This document shows, one piece after another, positions 35,110 through 36,718 of a stretch of DNA of 36,718 nucleotides (within the stretch, counting starts at the first letter, position 1; each line of letters opens with the position of its first letter). The notes beneath the pieces were generated by a model. It made no database searches. It was not told where the DNA came from and saw only the letters and a program-made list of their open reading frames with translations. A program made the position numbers and the translations under genes. The DNA is from Patescibacteria group bacterium. GTDB taxonomy: Bacteria; Patescibacteriota; Minisyncoccia; Phycocordibacterales; UBA9973. The stretch spans positions 1 to 36,718 of the forward strand of contig JBBTUE010000004.1 in the NCBI GenBank assembly GCA_038063915.1, read 5' to 3'.

Positions 35110-35135
35110 ATAAAATCCCCGAAAGGGGGTTTTAT
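35110..35135. terminator. Bidirectional terminator
   Basis: ATAAAATCCCC-GAAA-GGGGGTTTTAT between convergent genes; nearly the same as the hairpin at 18742. Confidence 0.85.
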
Positions 35136-35136
35136 G

Positions 35137-35580
35137 CTATAGGTTCTCTTTTATTATTCTACAAACTTCTTTTAGTTCGTCTTCAGGAGTTGCTTCTCGA
35201 CTAGCTGGTCTATATAAGAACTTCCGAGGATCATATCCCAAGGTTCCTTGGTCTCCTACTTTTCTAGGTACTACATGTAAGTGAAAATGTGGTACAGACT
35301 GACCTGCTATTTCATTCTCATTCCATGCATAATTGAATCCTTCGGCATCAAATGTTTTCCTCAAGGCGTTTATAATATGAACTCGCAATTTTTCTAGAGA
35401 ACTTTTTTCTTCGATTGTTAGGTTTTCATATTTTAATACGCAACGCCTCGATGTGATAATTATATGACCAGGGACGATGGGGATATTGGTAGGGAATGCC
35501 CAAGCTAAATCGTCCCCAGATATCTCACGTTCTCTAATGTCTGGTTTTGTGCAAAACACACATACTTCTTTTTCTGTCAT
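35137..35580 (-). CDS. HIT family nucleotide hydrolase
   Basis: CVFC, PIVPGH, AGQSVPHFHLHVVPR histidine triad. Confidence 0.95.
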   Translation of the reverse strand: MTEKEVCVFCTKPDIREREISGDDLAWAFPTNIPIVPGHIIITSRRCVLKYENLTIEEKSSLEKLRVHIINALRKTFDAEGFNYAWNENEIAGQSVPHFHLHVVPRKVGDQGTLGYDPRKFLYRPASREATPEDELKEVCRIIKENL

Positions 35581-35685
35581 ATCTAAGACTATAGCATATT
35601 ATTTGCAAAATTTTTAAAATTTTGAAATTTAAACTCTAAATCTAACTTGAAAGAGTGTCAAAAGTGTGTTTTATTGAGAAAATAC

Positions 35686-35713
35686 TTGCAGACTCTTCTT
35701 GTAATTGTATACT
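35686..35713 (+). promoter_or_regulatory. Promoter of the intergenic RNA
   Basis: TTGCAG-16 nt-TATACT, placing +1 at about 35719-35720, the first base of the terminal stem. Confidence 0.65.
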
Positions 35714-35718
35714 GTAAG

Positions 35719-35869
35719 TAGGGTTATTTGATTTGTATTACCTAGATCATATTTTATAGGGGATAGAGAGTTTTGATGCAGTGCTGTAACAAAATTATTG
35801 TCAACAAATCTGTATCATCCCCAATCCCACTTAGCGTAACGCTATGGTAATATCCTTCAAATAGTCCTA
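35719..35869 (+). ncRNA. Free-standing structured RNA, 6S RNA-like (rod with central bubble)
   Basis: End-to-end pairing TAGGGTTATTTGA/TCAAATAGTCCTA and TATTACC/GGTAATA; unpaired bubble 35746-35758 / 35823-35841; then GGGGA/TCCCC and TGATGCAG/CTGTATCA. Has its own promoter and a terminator-like hairpin. Confidence 0.6.
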
Positions 35870-35875
35870 ACAAGC

Positions 35876-35906
35876 AATTCTCTTCATTTTTGGGAGGATT
35901 TTTTGT
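35876..35906 (+). terminator. Terminator-like hairpin after the RNA
   Basis: AATTCTCTTC...GGGAGGATT stem with G-U pairs, then TTTTGTT. Confidence 0.55.
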
Positions 35907-35931
35907 TATTATAGGGTATAATAGAGCCCAT

Positions 35932-36718
35932 ATGGTAAATGACACAAATTTTAAGGTCACGTTTTGCTCTGGAGCCGGAATAGTGACCGGTTCTAACTTC
36001 TTGATTGAGTGTAATGGTAAGAAATTCTTGGTGGATTGCGGGCTAATTCAGGGTGAGAAAGTAGCCGAAGATTTAAACTGGACCAAATTCCCTTACGACG
36101 TTAGCCAGATAGATATACTTTTTATAACCCATGGGCATATTGATCACATAGGTCGTATTCCGAAGCTAATAAGTGAAGGTTTTAAGGGCAGAATAATATC
36201 AACGATTCCTACAAAAGAGATAGCTGAAGTTATGCTTGCCGATACTAATCACTTGCTTTCTCGTGACACTGACCACGGATTAGAAAAAATATACAACGAA
36301 GAAAACACCAAACAAGCCCTAAGTATGTGGGATACGTTAGAGTATCATCAAGTACTCAATGTCGACCACGGGTTTCAATTTTCATATAAAGACGCTGGGC
36401 ATATACTGGGTTCAGGAATGCTTGAGATAATATACAACGGCAAAAAAATAGTGTTCACTGGCGACCTCGGTAATTCTCCATCTCCTCTCCTACCAGATAC
36501 AGAGATTATAAATGATGCCGATTACCTGATAATGGAATCTGTTTACGGCGATCGTAATCATGAAGATAGAGAAGAAAGAAAGCAGAAGCTTGCTCAAGTA
36601 ATTCAAGATAATTATAAACGCAATGGTACACTTATAATACCCACATTTTCTCTTGAGCGTACACAAGATTTACTATATGAGATAGATTCTCTCGTAGAAG
36701 GTGAGCGTATTCCAAAGA
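35932..36718 (+). CDS. MBL-fold / beta-CASP ribonuclease-like hydrolase (partial, runs off the window)
   Basis: Not in the ORF track. Reads MVNDTNFKVTFCSGAGIVTGSNFL...LVDCGLIQG...ITHGHIDHIGRIP...DAGHILGS...FTGDLG...MESVYGDR...IPTFSLERTQ. Confidence 0.92.
   Translation, partial: MVNDTNFKVTFCSGAGIVTGSNFLIECNGKKFLVDCGLIQGEKVAEDLNWTKFPYDVSQIDILFITHGHIDHIGRIPKLISEGFKGRIISTIPTKEIAEVMLADTNHLLSRDTDHGLEKIYNEENTKQALSMWDTLEYHQVLNVDHGFQFSYKDAGHILGSGMLEIIYNGKKIVFTGDLGNSPSPLLPDTEIINDADYLIMESVYGDRNHEDREERKQKLAQVIQDNYKRNGTLIIPTFSLERTQDLLYEIDSLVEGERIPK

Noticed and set aside
35754-35960. 68-aa minus-strand ORF
   Set aside because: GTG start inside the MBL gene, no recognisable features, and it overlaps a well-paired RNA with its own promoter on the other strand.
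1-36718. CRISPR array, tRNA/rRNA genes, IS elements, or genetic code 25
   Set aside because: No repeat-spacer periodicity, cloverleaf or transposase was seen. Conserved genes are intact under code 11 and map ends at TGA at the expected length.

Overview
This window is a chromosomal segment of a Patescibacteria/CPR bacterium, most likely Parcubacteria. The evidence is the absence of L30 between rpsE and rplO, an archaeal-type UMP kinase, CPR-type Cys-rich proteins and a VirD4/TraM-like ATPase, and no Shine-Dalgarno motifs; genetic code 11 fits. It starts with the 5' end of nusA (minus strand) and four secreted/surface protein genes. The tuf-S10-spc ribosomal protein cluster follows and is interrupted twice. 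A ~5.7 kb insert between rplB and rpsS carries membrane proteins, dgkA and an inverted pyrD-pyrC-pyrE set, and a single orphan gene sits between rplE and rpsN. Each piece has its own terminator and sigma70 promoter. L29 is missing from its usual position. After secY come an adk-like kinase, pyrH, two Cys-rich paralogs, map, hypotheticals, the ATPase, a CYTH protein, a second adk-like kinase, a HIT hydrolase and a partial MBL/beta-CASP nuclease. The most notable unannotated items are: (i) a free-standing ~150-nt RNA gene with its own promoter and terminator and a 6S-like rod-plus-central-bubble fold (35719-35869); (ii) a three-way-junction leader RNA before rpsN-rpsH; (iii) a tandem-hairpin leader before tuf; (iv) an orotate phosphoribosyltransferase with a second PRT core nested inside it; (v) widespread leaderless-type promoters. 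All structures and family calls were made by eye, with no folding or database searches.
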